NCBI GenBank assembly: GCA_043228905.1
Contig: JBHGNT010000005.1
Location: 2,232,001-2,296,000, forward strand
From: Azolla caroliniana
Lineage: Eukaryota; Plantae; Polypodiophyta
Reading direction: 5' to 3'
DNA: 64,000 nucleotides
Shown here: one piece after another, positions 59,861 to 64,000 of the stretch
Position numbering within the stretch: the stretch's first letter is position 1
Layout of the letters: the number at the start of each line of letters is the position of its first letter
The notes under the pieces: generated by a model
The model's input: only the letters and a program-made list of their open reading frames with translations
Database searches by the model: none
Told to the model about the DNA's origin: nothing
Program-made: the position numbers and the translations under genes

Positions 59861-62800
59861 TTTTTATAACTAATGGAAGGAGTTTTTTTTTTTTTTTTTT
59901 TTTTTGGGGGGGGGGGGGGGAACAATAACAAGAAACAAATACCCACTTAATGAAATCATAAAGTAGTACAATTTCATGCTCATTGGGGTGTAGTTGCCCA
60001 AAACATTGTCCCAATATCAACAAAATTAAATGTTTCATGTGAATTTATTAATAGATTAGACAAAAGCTTTCATGTTAGATGGTTTGCCCAACAATGTGAC
60101 TTGCAAAGACATGTTTTGGAACTTGGTACGCTATGAGTTTCTTGTACAGGTGGACAATACTAGAGTGAACCAAAAACATAATTTATTTTTTAGTTTTTTC
60201 TCCTTGTTTTGTGCGCCACACATTGGTCACATTTGTTCATGTTGTGTTAGTGTAAATCAAACATAAGTTTGGGATTCATTGGCATGACGATTCTATATTT
60301 TAGAATTTTATTGAGGTTATGAGTTATATTTTGTGATAAAGAAACAAATATAAAAGCTCATACGCTTTGTACAGTTTGTTTACAAGGCTTGCTTTATTAG
60401 GTTTAGTGATGTAAAAATCTTATGCTCGTATATATTGGCATGACATGTGATATGAAGGCGAATCCTTACAATAATAACTTACTCATACTTTGATATAATT
60501 GCTCTATATTTTAGTTGTATCTGTATGAACATTAGTCAAGTAAAAAATATCTATTATCGAGGGTTTCAAGGGTTCTAGGTATGCCTATAAATACCCACAA
60601 ATAATTTTGGCTTCATACACTCCAAAACGAAAAACACTTCATCACATTCTCCCCAAACCTTAATAAAGTCCATAACCATCATTATCCTTTGTGTTTATAT
60701 TGTTTGAGTAATGTTGTCATGTTTAGTCATTCAAAGATTATTCTTGCAATTGGTCATCCATCCCTAATTCAACATTTTGACTATGATTTTATTTCAGATC
60801 CATTTTCTACCCTTATCCCTTCATTGATCTCTTCTTAATCCATTTATCATACCTCAACTTGATTTATGAGTAATGCCTAGCCAAAAACATTGGGAAAATG
60901 ACGTAAATCAAATACTGGTAATGAAAGAGGCAAGATGCCTGATATAGAACACATTACTTTCTTGGTGAAGGACTAGACAATGGCTCATATTGTTTGGAAA
61001 TTGAAGCAACATATTTGATTGTTGTCATGGGCCATGAACTTGCCCACATGTTTACGAAAATTTATGCAAACAATATGCAAATCATCAAGCTCTCTCTATG
61101 TGAGATTTTTATCCTACTCTCAAACGAGTTCTCCAATTTATACAACTATGTTAAAATCTATGAAGATGTATCATGGGACATGCCACATGAGGAACTTACA
61201 ATAAGTGAAAACTGAAGGGAATATTGTAGTCCTCACAAGTAAATGCTTCGAAAAAGCAAAGGAAGGCATTGGATGATGATGGAAAGCAGGTTTCACAAAG
61301 AAATCTCACCACACCATCTAGTGACAACGCCCCTTTGCATATTCTCGATAAGATTTATATGAAGCTAAAACAAAGTTGTGAATCACAATGAGTGTATATG
61401 CAATTTGATGAAAAAGTGTTAACATAATTGAGAAAGGAGAATAATCCTAATTATTGGAAGAAAAAGTCAAATTAGTGTTTTGAGGATAAATTTTCAATAT
61501 AAAATAACAAGGAAATGGAAAATAGATGGTGTGGCTAGATTTTAATCACTATAGACAATCACAACATGATCTCATCAATAGCATTATTTAAGTTAGGATG
61601 AAATGCGTACTTGTGTTGGGTTTGGAAAGAAGAATCACAATCAAATATTTAGGGCACAATTGAAAAGGGTAAGCCGTGGCATATAAAGGATTTAAACACG
61701 CATTCAAATAACTGAAGGTTCCTTGAAATCAAAACCCTTGCATTTGTCACACGAATGTTGACACTCTAGTCAACGAGATTTCTCATCCTCTATCGTCTTC
61801 TCCATGTGGTGCAACGTGAGACCATGAAAGGTTCATTGTTACCACACTAGTCAATTTTTGGGATTTGCTCAAATAAAAGAGAGATGTGATGCACAACTAT
61901 CTATTTCAAAATGTGTGTTATGAAAGTCTTACGTTTCGGTTGAAATATACCTGGAAACACATAATAAGACATTTATGACAAGAAGAGCACCATATCATGG
62001 CAAAAAAAATCAAGACAAATGGTCTTGACGTGTAGAATAAATTTTAATGTATGACTTTGATTGAGATTTCTTAAATGGTGTTGATTTACAAGATAGCATA
62101 CACACTAATTCTTTCATGTCAACCCATACAGGAACCACTCTAAAGGAGCATATTTCTCTTTTAAATAAATGCGTATAAAATATCTACATTGTGTTATAAG
62201 TTATAAGTTATAACTATAAGTGATACCAAATAAGTTTGGAAAACCAATTCTTTTTTTTTCCAAAAAATCAATTCTATTAAGTGTGTTAGGCATGTGCATG
62301 TTATAATTTACAATTACAAAATGTGATTAGTATGGAGGGGTGGATTGCCATTCCGGATATATATAAAGACAATGATGAAGACAACTTTGTGAAATACACT
62401 CTGGCAAATACTTCTTTATATATTTTGTTTTCAACGCAATTATGTCTTCAATAACACAAGCTTCTTTCCTCTCTCTCTCTAATAATTTGAAAATGAGTTC
62501 ATTGGTACATGCTAAAGTTCATCCATTTGTTAGGTGTCGAGACTCCACACCATTGCTTCCAAACACTTTGTTCACATTCTCTTTGATATTTAGAGGGGGG
62601 GGGGGGGGGGGGGGTTTGTCGCTCAAGCTAGCAAACTTGCCAACTATCCATATTTTGCCCTAAACAATTTTGTGAGTTTGAGAATCAGACTTCCGTTGCC
62701 ACGCACTACCTCCGCCCATATTTGAGTTCGCTTCTCACACATTGTCAATCTCACAACGTGTACTCCCAATCTCAATTCTTGTTCATAAAATTGTTGAGCA

Positions 62801-62895
62801 TCTAGAGTCGCAACTCGATTCCACATGTACTACGTGACAAACATTTCACTTTTAGGATCTAGGGTCATATTTGATCGACAAGGGTGATAATAAAA

Positions 62896-62897
<2 letters not shown>

Positions 62898-62931
<34 letters not shown>

Positions 62932-62953
62932 ACACTCACACACACACACACAC
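62898..62953. repeat. Compound (CT)n(CA)n microsatellite
   Basis: Direct reading. Further (CA)n runs at ~63155 and ~63332 and (GAA)n at ~63413-63449. Confidence 0.9.
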
Positions 62954-63150
62954 AACTTGAAAATGTTATATGAAAGCGTCATATATTGACCTCTGAAGAC
63001 GATAATAAAACCTATGTATCTACCAATATCTCTATTTCAATGGTAATACATGAAGGGTGGGAGAGATGGTCAAATGTGAGGGATGGAGGGCGTGGCGCCA
63101 CATGGATCCATCTGATTGTGCTGATGTTTTCTTCGAACATTTGCGCTCAA

Positions 63151-63186
<36 letters not shown>

Positions 63187-63229
63187 GACAATCACAATCA
63201 CAACTTCTTGTACTAAAACAAACAAAATA

Positions 63230-63329
63230 ACCAAGAAGAAGAAGACTTGGTGCCTACATCACAATTTCTTCTTCTATTAGAACAAACAAGAAATACCCAA
63301 GAAGAAGAAGACTTGGTGCCACTTGGTGC

Positions 63330-63366
<37 letters not shown>

Positions 63367-64000
63367 ACATCACAATTTCTTCTTCTACCATAACAAACAA
63401 AAAATACCCTATAGAAGAAGAAGAAGAAGAAGAAGAAGAAGAAGAAGAAAACTCTTAAGATTTCTACTCTGTCTTTTAATTCATTATAATAAGACTCCTT
63501 CTCCTTTTTCTTCTTTCTCTGCGTTAAAAACAACAGAGCAAATAACAAAAAACAAAAGCACAAGTGCCTGCGAATCGATTCCCTCAGAGGTACGCTACAC
63601 TTCCTTCACCTCCATCTCTGTGTTTTTCCTTCCCTCCCCTCTTCCTTCCCTAAATGCTTTTCCTTCTCTTTGCCTTGCTCAAGTTTTTCTTCTCTCAGCT
63701 GTGTCTTTTGGTTAAATCATATATTCGACCTTTCTTCTTCTTCTTTTGTCTCTCTTCCCCTTTTGTGTCTTACATGTTTTGCTGTTGATTTTTCTCTTTG
63801 TTTCTATTTTCTGTTTCCTGTTTCTTTTGATCCCATCAGCCTCCTTTTCTTGATCCGGAAAAAAACGTCTCCAAAGAGATCAAAATCCCAGAGAAATATA
63901 CAAGTGTTCTACCGAATCCTTATCAAATTTCCTGTACTTTTGTTTCATGCAAGACAAATCGAACTAAAACTTCTGCTAAAATTCATATAAGTTCTGTGGT
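63230..64000 (+). other. Possible 5' UTR and first intron of a gene continuing beyond the window
   Basis: A microsatellite-rich leader, then a CAGAG|GTACGC donor-like site near 63590 followed by CT-rich sequence, the same layout as the GAE leader. No coding sequence is visible. Confidence 0.35.

Noticed and set aside
59882-59920. T-run plus G-run as the LINE poly(A) tail
   Set aside because: It is the wrong orientation for the + strand LINE. Similar G/C homopolymers are scattered through the window (e.g. ~6093, ~33193, ~62596).
60994-61215. HExxH metalloprotease-like motif (IVVMGHELAH)
   Set aside because: An isolated motif in a 73-aa non-ATG ORF in stop-rich DNA with no other peptidase features. 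Likely chance.

Overview
AT-rich land-plant nuclear DNA, by inference a fern or other seed-free plant. It holds four intact host genes on the + strand. (1) A PLS-E+ PPR gene with an upstream exon missed by the ORF track (2435-2515); splicing it in adds an OSB-type PDF ssDNA-binding motif at the N-terminus with no visible transit peptide. (2) A UDP-glucuronate 4-epimerase. (3) An intronless cytosolic-type leucyl-tRNA synthetase with a second upstream ATG and a presequence-like extension. (4) A 7-exon CLC anion channel/antiporter. Between 7.5 and 29.3 kb is a retrotransposon block. A decayed Ty1/copia contains a non-autonomous LTR element (TSD CCCGT, with a hairpin repeat array), which contains a GC-rich Ty3/gypsy (4-bp TSD ACGT, tRNA-Trp PBS, -1 frameshift after the protease), which carries an LTR of a sister subfamily. 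A separate full-length Ty3/gypsy follows (442-bp LTRs, TSD GTTGG) with a ~2.7-kb extra coiled-coil ORF and no obvious PPT. Five LINE 3' fragments, microsatellites and local duplications make up the rest. The best candidate for an undescribed system is the PDF-PPR fusion.
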